A stretch of 59,365 nucleotides of DNA, counting the filler. It is 6 parts of 6 records of this genome, joined end to end, with 100 filler letters (N's around TTAATTAATTAA, not from the genome) between each part and the next. Parts side by side here need not be neighbours in the genome. Positions count along the whole stretch, not along the records: positions 1 to 13,349 come from DRR378314_2400; 5 more parts are not named here. One strand, given 5' to 3'. Below are positions 1 through 12,368 of this stretch, piece by piece; the first letter of the stretch is position 1; every line of letters starts with the position of its first letter. The translations under genes and the position numbers were made by a program. The notes under the pieces were generated by a model. It was not told where the DNA came from, made no database searches, and saw only the letters and a program-made list of their open reading frames with translations.

Positions 1-1
1 G

Positions 2-601
2 CACGCCGACCACGAGCAGAACGCCTCCACTTCCACCGTACGCCTGGCCGGCTCAACCGGCGCCAACCCGTACGCGTGCATTGCCTCCGGCATTGCAGCG
101 TTGTGGGGCCCCGCTCACGGCGGCGCCAACGAAGCCGTTCTGGACATGCTTGCGGAAATTGGCGACGAATCCAACATCGAAACGTTCATCGCCAAAGCCA
201 AGGACAAGGATGACCCGTTCCGCTTGATGGGCTTTGGTCACCGGGTCTACAAGAACTTCGATCCGCGCGCCAAAGTCATGGCAGAGACTGCCCATGAAGT
301 GCTGACGGAACTGGGTCTGGAAAACGATCCGCTGCTCAGGATCGCCCAGCGCCTTGAGAAGATTGCGCTTGAGGATGAGTATTTCGTCCAGCGCAAACTC
401 TACCCGAACGTCGACTTTTACTCCGGCCTGATCCTCAAGGCCATTGGTATCCCGACGTCCATGTTCACCGTTATCTTCGCTCTTTCGAGAACCATCGGCT
501 GGTTCTCGCACTGGAACGAAATGGTCAGCGGCGACTATCGCATTGGCCGTCCGCGCCAGCTCTACACGGGCTCCACTGCCAGGGAGTACCCCAAGAAGTA
601 A
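2..601 (+). CDS. gltA: Citrate synthase (type II), 3' part, truncated by window start
   Basis: Frame from nt 2 reads [23 protein letters not shown]...[11 protein letters not shown]...[15 protein letters not shown]...[10 protein letters not shown]...RPRQLY, all canonical citrate synthase motifs. Confidence 0.97.
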   Translation, partial: HADHEQNASTSTVRLAGSTGANPYACIASGIAALWGPAHGGANEAVLDMLAEIGDESNIETFIAKAKDKDDPFRLMGFGHRVYKNFDPRAKVMAETAHEVLTELGLENDPLLRIAQRLEKIALEDEYFVQRKLYPNVDFYSGLILKAIGIPTSMFTVIFALSRTIGWFSHWNEMVSGDYRIGRPRQLYTGSTAREYPKK

Positions 602-622
602 CCCCTCAAAGCGCAAAAAAAG

Positions 623-649
623 AAAGGCCGCTCATCAGCGGCCTTTTTT
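623..649 (+). terminator. Rho-independent terminator after gltA (probably bidirectional)
   Basis: AAAGGCCGCT-catc-AGCGGCCTTT stem followed by a T run, with an A run upstream. Confidence 0.85.
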
Positions 650-719
650 GTATCCCCACATTCTGCAATGATTGAGCCTGTCTTTCCGCCAACAACAACC
701 AACTCCCGGAGAATCAGCG

Positions 720-1595
720 ATGAATGTAACTGCAGCCTTTATTGGTCTTGGCGTCATGGGCTACCCCATGGCCGGCCACCTTGCAAACGCCGGTGTGAAG
801 GTTCAGGTCTGGAATCGTACTCACGACAAGGCCAAAACCTGGGCCGGTGAGTACAACGGAGCGGCCTGCGAATCGATCGCGGCCGCGGTCGGAGACGCGG
901 ATTTCGTGTTTACGTGCGTCGGCGCCGACGTCGACCTGACTGCCGTCTACGAAGGTGCCGAGGGCGTCATCGCCAACGCCAAGCCCGGTGCCGTTCTGGT
1001 GGACCATACAACCGCCTCCGCAGGTATTGCAGAGGCGCTGGCTCAACTCGCCCAAGCCCGCAATCTCGCGTTTGTTGACGCCCCGGTGTCCGGGGGCCAA
1101 CAGGGCGCCGAGAAAGGGCAACTGACCATTATGTGCGGCGGCGATTCCGATGCCTTTTCGCAGGCGAAGCCCCTGATGGAACATTATTCAAAGGCCCTTA
1201 ACCTGATGGGGCCTGTGGGTAGTGGCCAGAAAACCAAGATGGTGAACCAGATTGCCATTGCGGGCCTCGTCCAGGGGCTGTCGGAAGCGCTTCATTTTGC
1301 CGAACAGGCCGAGCTGGACGTGCGCAAAGTGGTGGATGTGATATCCAAGGGCGCCGCCCAGTCGTGGCAAATGGAGAATCGCTCCGGCACTATGATTGAT
1401 GGCGAATTCGAGCACGGCTTTGCCGTCGACTGGATGCGTAAGGATCTGGCTATCTGCCTGGAGGAGGCGCGAAAGAATGGCGCGAGGATTCCAGTCGCAG
1501 CTCTGGTGGATCAGTTCTATGGCGATGTACAGCAGATGGGCGGCAAACGCTGGGATACGTCGTCTTTGATTCAACGACTAAGAAAGAAGGGGTAA
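720..1595 (+). CDS. NAD(P)-dependent oxidoreductase, 3-hydroxyisobutyrate dehydrogenase / tartronate semialdehyde reductase family
   Basis: FIGLGVMGYPMA Rossmann motif, FVDAPVSGG, GSGQKTKMVNQ; GGAGA RBS before ATG 720. Confidence 0.92.
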   Translation: MNVTAAFIGLGVMGYPMAGHLANAGVKVQVWNRTHDKAKTWAGEYNGAACESIAAAVGDADFVFTCVGADVDLTAVYEGAEGVIANAKPGAVLVDHTTASAGIAEALAQLAQARNLAFVDAPVSGGQQGAEKGQLTIMCGGDSDAFSQAKPLMEHYSKALNLMGPVGSGQKTKMVNQIAIAGLVQGLSEALHFAEQAELDVRKVVDVISKGAAQSWQMENRSGTMIDGEFEHGFAVDWMRKDLAICLEEARKNGARIPVAALVDQFYGDVQQMGGKRWDTSSLIQRLRKKG

Positions 1596-1609
1596 AGGGT
1601 AATACCCTA

Positions 1610-1651
1610 CCGCCCTCCTCTTCGGCCCCTCTCCTCCAGCAGAGAGGGGCC
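1610..1651. repeat. Intergenic palindrome between convergent genes (BoxC/REP-like or terminator)
   Basis: GGCCCCTCTC-ctccagca-GAGAGGGGCC stem (1624-1651) preceded by a pyrimidine tract, no T tail. Confidence 0.5.
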
Positions 1652-1670
1652 TGGGTAAGCATACAGCCCC

Positions 1671-4307
1671 CTACTTCTCTTTCGGTTGCCACTTCCCGTT
1701 CACATACCACGCGGACCAGCCCGTCGCCTTGCCGTCTTTCTCCGACATGACGTACTGCTCCTTGCTCTTGCGGCTGTAGCGGATAACCGTGGGATTGCCT
1801 TCTGGATCACGCTCAGGCGCATCCATCAGGTAATCGTACTTCGGGTCCACCTCTTTCCGGTGTGGCTTGATCTCCATCACCAACGGTGGACGGGTTTCCC
1901 GGTTCTTGGGGAACTTGCTGGCCGCCAGGAACAACCCGGAGGCGCCGTCACGCAGGACATAGGTATCGTCAACCTTCTGGCACTGGAGTTCCGGCATGGG
2001 GACCGGGTCCATCTTGGGCGGCGCTGGCTCACCACTCTTCAGTAGTTTGCGGGTATTCTTGCATTCGGTATTGGTGCAGCCGAAGTACTTGCCGAAACGC
2101 CCGGTCTTGAGCTGCATTTCAGAACCGCATTTGTCGCACTCCAGCGTTGGGCCTTCATAGCCCTTGATGCGGAACGTGCCCTTCTCTACCTCGTAACCGG
2201 AACAATCGGGATTGTTACCGCAAACATGCAGCTTCCTGCCCTCATCCACCAGATAGCTATCCATGGCGGTACCGCATTTCGGGCAGCGGCGCTTTTTCCT
2301 CAGCAGGCGAGTTTCGCCCTCACCCTCGACATCTTCATCCGCACTGACCACTTCGTCGCCGGACACCAGGTTGATGGTGGTCTTGCAGCGCTCTTTTGGC
2401 GGCAGTGAGTAGCCTGAACAGCCAAGGAACACCCCGGTACTGGCGACGCGAATCTGCATGGGCCGGCTGCAAGTCGGGCACGGAATATCGGTTTCCGTTG
2501 GGGTATTCGCCCGCATGCTGCCCTCGTCGCCGCTTTCGGCAGTCTCAAGCTGCAGACGGAACCGTCCGTAGAAATCATTCAGCACCTTCTTCCAGTCAAC
2601 TTCGCCACCAGCGATGTCGTCCAGCTCACCTTCCATTCTGGCGGTGAAATCAAAATCCATCAGATTCGGAAAGGACTCCGAGAGCCGTTCGGTAACGATT
2701 TCGCCCATTTTCTCGGCATAGAAGCGACGATTCTGAAGACGAACGTAGCCCCGATCCTGGATCGTGGAAATGATGGACGCGTAGGTGGACGGTCGCCCGA
2801 TCCCCTGCTTCTCCAGTTCCTTAACCAGGCTCGCCTCAGTGTATCGCGGCGATGGCTTGGTGAAATGCTGGCTGGGGTCGAGCTTCTTGAGCTCCAGGGT
2901 TTCATCAACCTGGATGTCCGGAAGCGCGACGTCTTCGTCTTTCTTCGCCGACTGGGGCGCAACCTTGAGGAAACCCTCAAATTTGATAATCCGGCCCCGG
3001 GTACGAAGCTCGTAATCGCCGTTGGCAACCACAATGGACGTACTCAGGAATTCCGCGTCCGCCATCTGGCAGGCAATAAACTGGCGCCAGATCAGGTCAT
3101 AGAGCTTCTCAGCGTCTTTCTCCAGACCGCTGATATCGGCCGGCCTACGACCTACATCGGTCGGGCGAATGGCCTCGTGAGCTTCCTGAGCGCCCTCCTT
3201 GCTGCCGTACACCCTCGGCGTCTCCGGAAGATAGCTGCCGCCGAACTGCTTTTGCACAAACTCACGGCAACTGTTCACGGCGTCCTGGCTCAGGTTGGTG
3301 GAGTCAGTACGCATGTACGTAATAAAACCGGCCTCATAGAGGCGCTGCGCCAGCATCATGGTCTTCTTGACGCTAAAGCCCATCCGGTTACTCGCCGCCT
3401 GCTGCAAGGTGGACGTAATAAAGGGTGCGGATGGCCGAGACCGAGTGGGCTTATCCTCACGCTTGGCAACCTTGAATGCCCCGGCCTTCAGACGCTCAAC
3501 GTGATCGGTGCTCTGCTGTTCATTGACCGGACGATACGCCTTGTCGTCATATCGGGTCACTTCGAAGCGGACCGGCTGCTCCGCCTGCTTTGAGGCCAGA
3601 TCCGCATGCAATTGCCAGAACTCTTCCGGAATGAACTTGCGGATTTCCCGTTCCCGCTCGACGATCAGACGGACCGCAACTGACTGAACCCGGCCCGCAG
3701 ACAGACCGCGTGCAATCTTCGCCCACAACAAAGGCGATACCATGTAACCCACCACCCGATCGAGGAATCGACGAGCCTGCTGAGCATTCACACGGTTGTT
3801 GTCGAGGTTTCCAGGGTCCTTGAAGGCTTCCTGGATGGCGCGCTTGGTGATTTCGTTAAACACCACGCGTCGATACTTGTCCGGCTCTCCGCCAATCGTT
3901 TGCTGAAGGTGCCAGGCAATGGCCTCCCCTTCACGGTCCAAATCCGTTGCGAGGTAGATGTGGTCGGCGGATTTGGCCAGCCGCTTGAGCTCACTAACGA
4001 CTTTTTCCTTGCCGGGCAGGATCTCGTAACGGGCGCTCCAGTCCTGATCGGGATCAACCCCCATTCGGGCAACCAACTGCTCCCTGGACTTGCGCTTTTT
4101 GTGGGCCACCTTTTCTTCAGGGCTCATTTTGCGCGTCAACGCTGCCTGTCTGGCGCGCTCTTTCGGATCGGACGTTGAGCCACTGCCGCTGACAGGAAGG
4201 TCGCGAATATGCCCGACGCTGGACTTCACAATGAAGTCTGACCCCAGGTATTTGTTGATGGTCTTCGCTTTCGCTGGCGACTCGACAATAACGAGGCTTT
4301 TACCCAT
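1671..4307 (-). CDS. topA: DNA topoisomerase I
   Basis: [19 protein letters not shown] start, [26 protein letters not shown] active-site Tyr, C-terminal C4 zinc ribbons. Confidence 0.98.
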   Translation of the reverse strand: MGKSLVIVESPAKAKTINKYLGSDFIVKSSVGHIRDLPVSGSGSTSDPKERARQAALTRKMSPEEKVAHKKRKSREQLVARMGVDPDQDWSARYEILPGKEKVVSELKRLAKSADHIYLATDLDREGEAIAWHLQQTIGGEPDKYRRVVFNEITKRAIQEAFKDPGNLDNNRVNAQQARRFLDRVVGYMVSPLLWAKIARGLSAGRVQSVAVRLIVEREREIRKFIPEEFWQLHADLASKQAEQPVRFEVTRYDDKAYRPVNEQQSTDHVERLKAGAFKVAKREDKPTRSRPSAPFITSTLQQAASNRMGFSVKKTMMLAQRLYEAGFITYMRTDSTNLSQDAVNSCREFVQKQFGGSYLPETPRVYGSKEGAQEAHEAIRPTDVGRRPADISGLEKDAEKLYDLIWRQFIACQMADAEFLSTSIVVANGDYELRTRGRIIKFEGFLKVAPQSAKKDEDVALPDIQVDETLELKKLDPSQHFTKPSPRYTEASLVKELEKQGIGRPSTYASIISTIQDRGYVRLQNRRFYAEKMGEIVTERLSESFPNLMDFDFTARMEGELDDIAGGEVDWKKVLNDFYGRFRLQLETAESGDEGSMRANTPTETDIPCPTCSRPMQIRVASTGVFLGCSGYSLPPKERCKTTINLVSGDEVVSADEDVEGEGETRLLRKKRRCPKCGTAMDSYLVDEGRKLHVCGNNPDCSGYEVEKGTFRIKGYEGPTLECDKCGSEMQLKTGRFGKYFGCTNTECKNTRKLLKSGEPAPPKMDPVPMPELQCQKVDDTYVLRDGASGLFLAASKFPKNRETRPPLVMEIKPHRKEVDPKYDYLMDAPERDPEGNPTVIRYSRKSKEQYVMSEKDGKATGWSAWYVNGKWQPKEK

Positions 4308-4494
4308 ATCGGAGATCTGTGTCCTTGGCGATAATCGGTTAAAAAATCAGCAAACCGTAAACTCGCTGTAAAATCAGTCGGCTAGAAAACAGTCCATAGC
4401 CGCCACAAGTGTATAGGTGCATTGTTTTACAGGGTCAAGAAAAGCAAGACAACCCATTCTTTATTTTCCGAACGCCTTTTTGCCTGCTCAGAGA

Positions 4495-4519
4495 CAGGAA
4501 AGCCCGGCGTATGCCGGGC
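4495..4519 (-). terminator. Probable terminator after fadA
   Basis: GCCCGGC-N4-GCCGGGC stem followed on the minus strand by TTTCCTGTCT. Confidence 0.55.
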
Positions 4520-4554
4520 CCCCTTTGACAGCGTTACTGATTCGATTCAACGAA

Positions 4555-5757
<1,203 letters not shown>

Positions 5758-5763
5758 TCAGGG

Positions 5764-7911
5764 TTAGCCAAAGAACTTTTCGCCAGTCTTGGCCATTTCA
5801 CGCAGCTTCTCGGTCGGATGGTACAAAGGACCAAGATCTGCAAACTTGTCTGCCAGCTCAACGAACTTGTCGACACCCATATCGTCGATATAACGCAGGG
5901 CGCCACCACGGAACGGCGGGAAGCCGATACCAAAGATCAGACCCATATCGGCGTCTGCCGGGTCTTCAACAATGCCGTCTTCCAGGCAGCGAACGGTTTC
6001 CAGACACAGAGGCAACATCATACGGGCGATGATGTCCTCGTCACTGAAATCGTTCTTACCCTGAACAACAGGCTCAAGCAGTTTGTAGGTTTCTTCGTCG
6101 ACAACCTTCTTCTGCTTGCCTTTGCGGTCCAGTTCGTACTTGTAAAAACCCTTGTCGTTCTTCTGTCCGTAACGGTTGTTATCGAACATTACGTCAATGG
6201 CGGTCGTACCTTCGTGCTTCATTCGATCCGGGAAGCCGTCAGCCATCACTTCACCGGCGTGCTTGCCAGTGTCCATGCCAACGACGTCCAGCAGATAGGC
6301 GGGACCCATCGGCCAACCGAACTTCTCCATCACCTTGTCGACGTGCTGGAAGTCAGCGCCGTCACGTACCAGGTTCACAAATCCACCGAAATACGGGAAC
6401 AGAACACGGTTAACCAGGAAGCCCGGGCAATCGTTTACAACGATCGGAGTCTTACCCATGGCCTTGGCGTAGGCAACCGTCGTTGCAATGGCCTTATCGC
6501 TGGTCTTCTCGCCGCGGATAACTTCAACCAGGGGCATCATGTGCACCGGGTTAAAGAAGTGCATGCCACAGAAGTTTTCCGGACGCTTCAGGTTCTTGGC
6601 CAGAAGGTCGATGGAAATGGTAGACGTGTTGGAGGTCAGGATCGCGTCTTCGCGGACATTGTCCTCGGTCTCGCGCAGAACCGCGTCTTTTACCTTCGGG
6701 TTCTCAACAACGGCTTCGACCACCAGGTCAACGTTCTTGAAGTCGCCGTAATTCAGCGTCGGCGTGATGCTGTTCAGAACGTCGGCCATTTTGCCGGCGT
6801 CCATCTTACCCTTATCGACACGCTTGGAGAGCAGCTTCTTGGCTTCTTTCAAGCCAAGTGCAATGCCTTCCTGCGCGATGTCCTTCATGATGATGGGCGT
6901 ACCCTTCAATGCGGACTGATAGGCAACACCACCGCCCATGATGCCGGCACCCAGAACGGCCGCCAGTTTCACGTCGTTGGCTTCCTTTTCCCAGGCCTTG
7001 GCCTTCTTCTTCAGTTCCTGATCGTTCAGGAACAGGCCCACCAGGCAAGCGGCAACGTTGGTCTTAGCCATCTTGGCAAAGCCTTTCGCTTCCACTTCGA
7101 TCGCTTTGTCGCGCGTCAGGCCGGCGTGCTTCTGCATCACCTTGATGGCCTCAACCGGTGCCGGGTAGTTCTTGCCAGCCTGGCCGGCCACGTAGGCTTT
7201 GGAGATTTCAAACGCCATCATGCTTTCCATGGCGTTCAGCTTGATCTTGCCTTTCTTCTCTTCACGGCGCGCCTGGTAGTCCAGTTTGCCGTCGTTGCAC
7301 TGGTTGATGATGCCAATGGCGGCTTCCACCAACTTCTCACCCTCAAGTACGGCATCGACAGCGCCAACTTTCAGGGCTTTGTCGGCACGGTTTTCGGTGC
7401 CGCCACAGATCCACTCAACCGCGTAGTCCACACCGACCAGACGGGAAAGACGTACAGTACCGCCGAAGCCCGGGAAAATACCCAGCTTTACTTCCGGAAG
7501 CCCTACCTTGGCCTTGGTATCCATGACCCGGTAATCGGTGGCCAGACACATCTCGAAACCACCACCCAGAGCCATGCCGTTGATGGCGGTAACGGTGGGG
7601 AACGGCAGGTCTTCAATGGCGCTGAATACTTCGTTGGCCTTGAGGTTGTTGGCTACCAGGTCCTCTTCCGGGCCTGCGAAGAGCTCGGTGAACTCTGTGA
7701 TGTCGGCGCCAACAATAAAGCTGTCCTTGGAACTGGTAACCACCAGGCCTTTCAGGCCTTTCTGAGCTTCCAGCTTGTCAGTCGCGGCACGGAGCTCTTC
7801 AATCGTGAGACGGTTGAACTTGTTTACTGACTCGCCCTGCAAGTCAAAGTTCAACTGAGCGATCCCGCCTTCGATCTCTTTAACCGTGATGGCTTTACCT
7901 TCGTAAATCAT
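5764..7911 (-). CDS. fadB: Fatty acid oxidation complex alpha subunit FadB
   Basis: MIYEGKAI start, crotonase domain ([23 protein letters not shown]), [25 protein letters not shown]. Confidence 0.97.
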   Translation of the reverse strand: MIYEGKAITVKEIEGGIAQLNFDLQGESVNKFNRLTIEELRAATDKLEAQKGLKGLVVTSSKDSFIVGADITEFTELFAGPEEDLVANNLKANEVFSAIEDLPFPTVTAINGMALGGGFEMCLATDYRVMDTKAKVGLPEVKLGIFPGFGGTVRLSRLVGVDYAVEWICGGTENRADKALKVGAVDAVLEGEKLVEAAIGIINQCNDGKLDYQARREEKKGKIKLNAMESMMAFEISKAYVAGQAGKNYPAPVEAIKVMQKHAGLTRDKAIEVEAKGFAKMAKTNVAACLVGLFLNDQELKKKAKAWEKEANDVKLAAVLGAGIMGGGVAYQSALKGTPIIMKDIAQEGIALGLKEAKKLLSKRVDKGKMDAGKMADVLNSITPTLNYGDFKNVDLVVEAVVENPKVKDAVLRETEDNVREDAILTSNTSTISIDLLAKNLKRPENFCGMHFFNPVHMMPLVEVIRGEKTSDKAIATTVAYAKAMGKTPIVVNDCPGFLVNRVLFPYFGGFVNLVRDGADFQHVDKVMEKFGWPMGPAYLLDVVGMDTGKHAGEVMADGFPDRMKHEGTTAIDVMFDNNRYGQKNDKGFYKYELDRKGKQKKVVDEETYKLLEPVVQGKNDFSDEDIIARMMLPLCLETVRCLEDGIVEDPADADMGLIFGIGFPPFRGGALRYIDDMGVDKFVELADKFADLGPLYHPTEKLREMAKTGEKFFG

Positions 7912-8023
7912 CAACTGATCTCCAGTCTGTGTTTGGAACTGCTAAAACAGCCGCACGAGCGCTTCGCGATGCGACCGCTGATGCAGCGATATTTCGGTCA
8001 CTACCCGATCAACCGATCCAAAA

Positions 8024-8043
8024 ATTCATACAGTCGTTTGAAT
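8024..8043. promoter_or_regulatory. PsrA-type (TetR) operator upstream of fadBA
   Basis: ATTCATAC-AGTC-GTTTGAAT matches the CAAAC-N4-GTTTG PsrA box; PsrA represses fadBA in pseudomonads. Confidence 0.7.
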
Positions 8044-8054
8044 CGTGAGGTGAC

Positions 8055-8083
8055 ACGATGAAAAAAAACGGCTCGTTTGTCAA
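8055..8083 (-). promoter_or_regulatory. Sigma70 promoter of fadBA
   Basis: Minus strand TTGACA (8083-8078), 17-nt spacer, CATCGT (8060-8055); the operator lies just downstream of the inferred start site. Confidence 0.55.
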
Positions 8084-8345
8084 TTTGTTTCTGGAAGAAT
8101 CAACCCGACCAGCCCCCAAATGGACAGCCGAACGGCATAAGGAGGCGAATGGAATTGTTGTTTATCAAGCATGTAGTCAGGGCAATTGATGTAAAACGAT
8201 AGGTTTATCATGTAAATTTTAAATTTGTTTACATTTACCCCCGCTATGCCCCCTAAAACAACTTGATTGGTCGGCGGAGTTACTTTACCTTCAGCCTAAG
8301 ACTTTAGTCCACAATAATAAAACAGCCTTAACGGAGACCCATCCG

Positions 8346-9161
8346 ATGAAAGACGCTCGCTTGCGGGTAAACTCCCTGGTAACGGCGCTCGTGCTGTTGC
8401 TGATCACCTCCTTTACGGTCCGCGCCCAGGAAGGCGACGGTTTTCTTTCGGACCTCCACAATTTCCGGGTCAACAATTACATGGCGCTGGACGCTTACTA
8501 TCGATTCAGCGCAAGCGGTGACACTGAAACCCTGAACGAGATTGTTGCCAGCATCAATGCCGCCAACGAATCCATGAACTCAGTCGCCAGCAGCACGGCC
8601 GGCGTATTGTCCGAAGAGCAGGTTGAGAGCCTGAATGTCGAGTTCGACAAGTTCAAGGACCTGATGCGCAGCAACATCAATGACGTGCGCAACACCGGTT
8701 ACCCGGACCTTCGCCTTGCTTCCGATATGGCTAACCAGGCACTGCTCATGAACCAGGTCGCCACCGAGATGTATGCCGTGGCCATGGAGAGCTCAGAGAT
8801 TTCAATTGATCGGCGGGTCGAAGCTGCACGTTCAGCGGCGGTAACCATGGCGCAAATGATGGCCAAATACTCCGCCCGCACTCACTCTTCCGTGGCGCAG
8901 GCCTTCCAGGGTTCTTCCAACGACATTCCCCTGGATGAACAGGCAAAACAGTTCGATACCCTGTTATCGCAACTTACCGGGGGCAAGGCCCAGGGCCCGC
9001 TAAAAGCCGCTCTGGACGACCTGACTTCCAAGTGGGAGTTTATTCGCGGCTCGTACATTAATTACAACGACAACAATGTTGCGTTTGTTATTGATCGCTA
9101 TTCCAAGGGCATCCTCCGTGGCCTTGAAACAACCATTGGCCTGCTTCGCGAAAGCGCGTGA
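8346..9161 (+). CDS. Secreted all-helical hypothetical protein
   Basis: GGAG RBS, N-terminal signal peptide (hydrophobic core, VRA cleavage), 271 aa ORF with an internal two-fold helical pattern. Confidence 0.8.
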   Translation: MKDARLRVNSLVTALVLLLITSFTVRAQEGDGFLSDLHNFRVNNYMALDAYYRFSASGDTETLNEIVASINAANESMNSVASSTAGVLSEEQVESLNVEFDKFKDLMRSNINDVRNTGYPDLRLASDMANQALLMNQVATEMYAVAMESSEISIDRRVEAARSAAVTMAQMMAKYSARTHSSVAQAFQGSSNDIPLDEQAKQFDTLLSQLTGGKAQGPLKAALDDLTSKWEFIRGSYINYNDNNVAFVIDRYSKGILRGLETTIGLLRESA

Positions 9162-9316
9162 CCCCCTTTCCTTGCCGGGGCAACTGACGCCCCGGCCGCT
9201 TCCTTTCTACGTTTTTCTCCTGTTATTGATACCTGTCAGTATTGGTTTACACTTTTCAGATAAGGTAGTGCCTTGACGAGCAAAGAGTCAGACCTCATCC
9301 GCGAAGGAGCGATGCG

Positions 9317-9748
9317 ATGTCGATCTATAAGAAGATACTGGTAGCCATTGATCTGACCGAGGAAGCCCCTCAGGTCCTCAATAAAGCCATGGAAGTGAGC
9401 AAGGCCCACAGCGCGGAGCTAATGCTTGTGCACGTGGTCGAGCCCGTCGGTTACGCCTATGGGGGAGACATTCCCATGGACTTGACGGAACTGCAGGACC
9501 AACTGGACAAAGCCGCGAGAGAGCAGCTTGCCAGCTACGGCGAGAAATACAGTGTCGGAAAGGACAATCAGATCGTGACGGTTGGGCGCCCGGAGTCGGA
9601 GATCCATCGCTTATCGGAGGAACAGGGAGTGGATCTCGTCATTGTCGGCAGCCATGGTCGCAAGGGATTCCAACTGCTTCTGGGGTCGACCGCCAATGGT
9701 GTCTTGCACGGCACGGTTTGCGATGTCCTTGCGGTTCGCATCCAATAG
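9317..9748 (+). CDS. Universal stress protein (UspA family)
   Basis: YKKILVAID, DLVIVGSHGRKG, LLGSTANGVLH, CDVLAV; AAGGAG RBS. Confidence 0.95.
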   Translation: MSIYKKILVAIDLTEEAPQVLNKAMEVSKAHSAELMLVHVVEPVGYAYGGDIPMDLTELQDQLDKAAREQLASYGEKYSVGKDNQIVTVGRPESEIHRLSEEQGVDLVIVGSHGRKGFQLLLGSTANGVLHGTVCDVLAVRIQ

Positions 9749-9770
9749 CCAGACAACATCCCACGGCGCC

Positions 9771-10442
9771 TCAGGTGGCGCCGTCTCCCTTCATTTTCGC
9801 TTCCAGTTTACGCAGCTGGGTTTCAAGGGAAAAACTCACACTCGAGGCCATTGAGAAAAAGTTCAGCAAGGCCTTCAGGTTACTGTCTCCCTTACACACA
9901 GAATGAATCCTCTGCCAAAGCGCCTGGTTGACCAGCTGCAGCCGCTGATTTCTCTCCACCAGCCCTTTCAGTTCCCAGTCGGGTTCCTGATGGTTGCGTT
10001 TCGCCAGATATTGTTGCAACAGGTAGTGGGAAACACTCCGCGTAATGAACTCATCGTTACTGGCAAACGGCAGATGATGCACCGCCATCGATTTCAGCTC
10101 GGAAAGCACGGGGCATCCACTCGTTGCCATCTTAAGCCCAAGCAGCGACCGCAGGGCTTCTTCCAGTGTTGTGGCTTTGGAATAACTTCGACGGTCGTCA
10201 GTGACCTCTACGTCGACCTTCTGATAGGCATCCTCTGCCTGGAAGGCATTCACAACCGGAAGTATCTCGACGGCCGCAGGGCATCGTGGTGATTCCGACA
10301 CTTTGAGTGGGCAATTGGAGCACTGGCAGTGATCCAGTTTTGTCCAGCCTGGCAGGTTGCCTTCCGCGTCCGTCGGGCGATTCGTTACCTTAAAAACCTC
10401 GGTGCGATTATCTTCAAACTTGAAGTGATACGTTACATTCAT
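9771..10442 (-). CDS. Conserved hypothetical Cys-rich protein (DUF6901-like)
   Basis: ATG overlaps the uup stop (ATGA); WTKLDHCQCSNCPL...RCP, MATSGCP and HLPFA motifs. Family name is from recollection. Confidence 0.75.
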   Translation of the reverse strand: MNVTYHFKFEDNRTEVFKVTNRPTDAEGNLPGWTKLDHCQCSNCPLKVSESPRCPAAVEILPVVNAFQAEDAYQKVDVEVTDDRRSYSKATTLEEALRSLLGLKMATSGCPVLSELKSMAVHHLPFASNDEFITRSVSHYLLQQYLAKRNHQEPDWELKGLVERNQRLQLVNQALWQRIHSVCKGDSNLKALLNFFSMASSVSFSLETQLRKLEAKMKGDGAT

Positions 10443-12367
10443 TGATTCGCCTGTTCCTCCAGCTCCATCCAACGCTCCATGACCTTCTCAAGACGCGCTT
10501 CCTTGCTTCCAAGTTCCGCTAAAGTTGAAGAAACTTCCTCAGCCGGTCCGGCGTAGAAGTCGGGATCGGCAATCTGCGACTGTAGTGCTTCAAGTTCCGC
10601 TTCCAGTGCTTCAATCTGGCCCGGAAGCTGTTCCAGTTCAAGTTTCAGTTTGTAGCTGAGTTTCGTGGGCTTTGTTTTTTTGCTGTTTTCCACCGCCGGC
10701 GTTTCAGGCCCGTTCGCCGGCGCCGGGTTCTCGTTCCGGGGCGGCCTGCTGGTTTTACGGTTTACACCCTCAGAGGGAAACCGACCTCCCTGCCTGCGCC
10801 AGTCAGTGTAACCACCGACGAACTCAGCCACTTTGCCCGAGCCATCGAGGAACACCGTATCGGTGGCGACATTGTCGAGGAATTCGCGGTCGTGACTGAT
10901 CACGATCACCGTGCCGGCAAACTCCACCAACCGGGATTCGAGCAGCTCCAGGGTTTCCACGTCCAGATCGTTGGTGGGCTCATCCAGCACCAGAATATTG
11001 GCGGGTTTGCTGAAGAGCTTGGCGAGGAGCAGGCGCGCCCGTTCGCCGCCCGAAAAGACCCGCACCGGTGAGCGTGCCCTCTGAGGGCTGAACAGGAATT
11101 CCTGCAGATACCCCAGAACATGTTTGCTCTGGCCGTTAATCTCAATGAACTCTCGGCCCTCGGAGAGGTTATCCAATGCGTTGCGTTCAAGGTCAAGCTC
11201 ACCACGGAGCTGGTCGAAATACGCCACCTGCAGATTGGTACCAAGGCGGATCTTTCCGTCGGTCGGTTTCAGGTCCCCCAACATCAGACGAACCAGGGTT
11301 GTCTTCCCGGTGCCGTTTTCACCCACAAGTCCGATCTTGTCACCTCGGAGTATGGTCATGTTCATGTCGCGGATGACCGGAGTGCCGTCTGGGTAAGCAA
11401 AGCCGGCGTCACTGGTTTCAACAACCAGCTTTCCGGAACGGGCAGCGTCCTCCACAGAGAAGCTCGCTGTTCCGCCACGCTCGCGGCGTTGCTGGCGCTC
11501 TTCGCGCATGGCCTTTAACGCCCTCACCCGCCCCATGTTACGCGTTCTCCGGGCTTTGATACCCTGGCGGATCCACGCTTCTTCCTGCTTCAAGCGCTTG
11601 TCGAACAGCGCATTCTGTCGATCCTCCTCTTCAAGGGCCTTTTCCTTGAACTCCAGGTAGCGATCGTAGGTAGCGGCGAAGCTCACCAGATGCCCACGGT
11701 CCAGTTCCACAATCCGGGTGGCCATGCGACGAATAAACGCACGGTCGTGACTGACAAACAGAATGGCACCGCGGAACTGGCCCAGGGCCTCTTCAAGCCA
11801 GGCAATGGCGGGGACATCCAGGTGGTTGGTGGGCTCATCAAGCAGCAGGATATCCGGCTCGGTCACCAGGGCGCGGGCCAACAGAACCCGTCGCTGCCAT
11901 CCGCCAGACAGCGTATTCAGTCGCTGCTCAGGGTCGATACCATATTGTTCCAGGATGGCGCTGACTTTCTGGTCCAGGCGCCAGCCGTCCAGGGCTTCAA
12001 GGCGTTCCTGAACTTTCATCATTCGGTCCAGGCTGGCTTCATCCGCTGTTTGCGACAGCCGATGGAACTCCGCCAACAACTCGCCGGTTTCGGGAAAGGC
12101 GCCGGAAACCGCCTCATAGGCCGTTCGCGTATCGTTGACCGGAAGATTCTGGGGCAGCACGGATAACACCGCTCCGTCGTCCAACCGGACAACGCCACCG
12201 TCCGCTGTTACCTCTCCGCTGACAATTTTCAACAGTGTGGACTTTCCCTCACCATTCCTGCCAAGAAGACAAACACGCTCACCCGCCTCGATGGTCATGG
12301 AGGCCTGGTCGAGCAATGGCTGCATGCCAAAGGCAAGGGATACGGCATCCAGCGTTAACAATGGCAC
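10439..12367 (-). CDS. uup: ABC-F family ATPase Uup
   Basis: Two ABC domains (GRNGEGKST, LSGGW, LLLDEPTNHLD; GENGTGKTT, FSGGE), WIRQGIKARRTRN linker, KLSYK C-terminal coiled coil; GTG start at 12367. Confidence 0.93.
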   Translation of the reverse strand: MPLLTLDAVSLAFGMQPLLDQASMTIEAGERVCLLGRNGEGKSTLLKIVSGEVTADGGVVRLDDGAVLSVLPQNLPVNDTRTAYEAVSGAFPETGELLAEFHRLSQTADEASLDRMMKVQERLEALDGWRLDQKVSAILEQYGIDPEQRLNTLSGGWQRRVLLARALVTEPDILLLDEPTNHLDVPAIAWLEEALGQFRGAILFVSHDRAFIRRMATRIVELDRGHLVSFAATYDRYLEFKEKALEEEDRQNALFDKRLKQEEAWIRQGIKARRTRNMGRVRALKAMREERQQRRERGGTASFSVEDAARSGKLVVETSDAGFAYPDGTPVIRDMNMTILRGDKIGLVGENGTGKTTLVRLMLGDLKPTDGKIRLGTNLQVAYFDQLRGELDLERNALDNLSEGREFIEINGQSKHVLGYLQEFLFSPQRARSPVRVFSGGERARLLLAKLFSKPANILVLDEPTNDLDVETLELLESRLVEFAGTVIVISHDREFLDNVATDTVFLDGSGKVAEFVGGYTDWRRQGGRFPSEGVNRKTSRPPRNENPAPANGPETPAVENSKKTKPTKLSYKLKLELEQLPGQIEALEAELEALQSQIADPDFYAGPAEEVSSTLAELGSKEARLEKVMERWMELEEQANQ

Positions 12368-12368
12368 G

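Noticed and set aside
5818..7830. 670-aa ORF antisense to fadB
   Set aside because: Shadow ORF produced by codon bias on the opposite strand; no recognisable domain
8190..8233. TGTAAA...TTTACA as a TyrR/PhhR or GacA box
   Set aside because: The spacer is 11 nt rather than the 6 nt of those motifs, and the region is AT-rich
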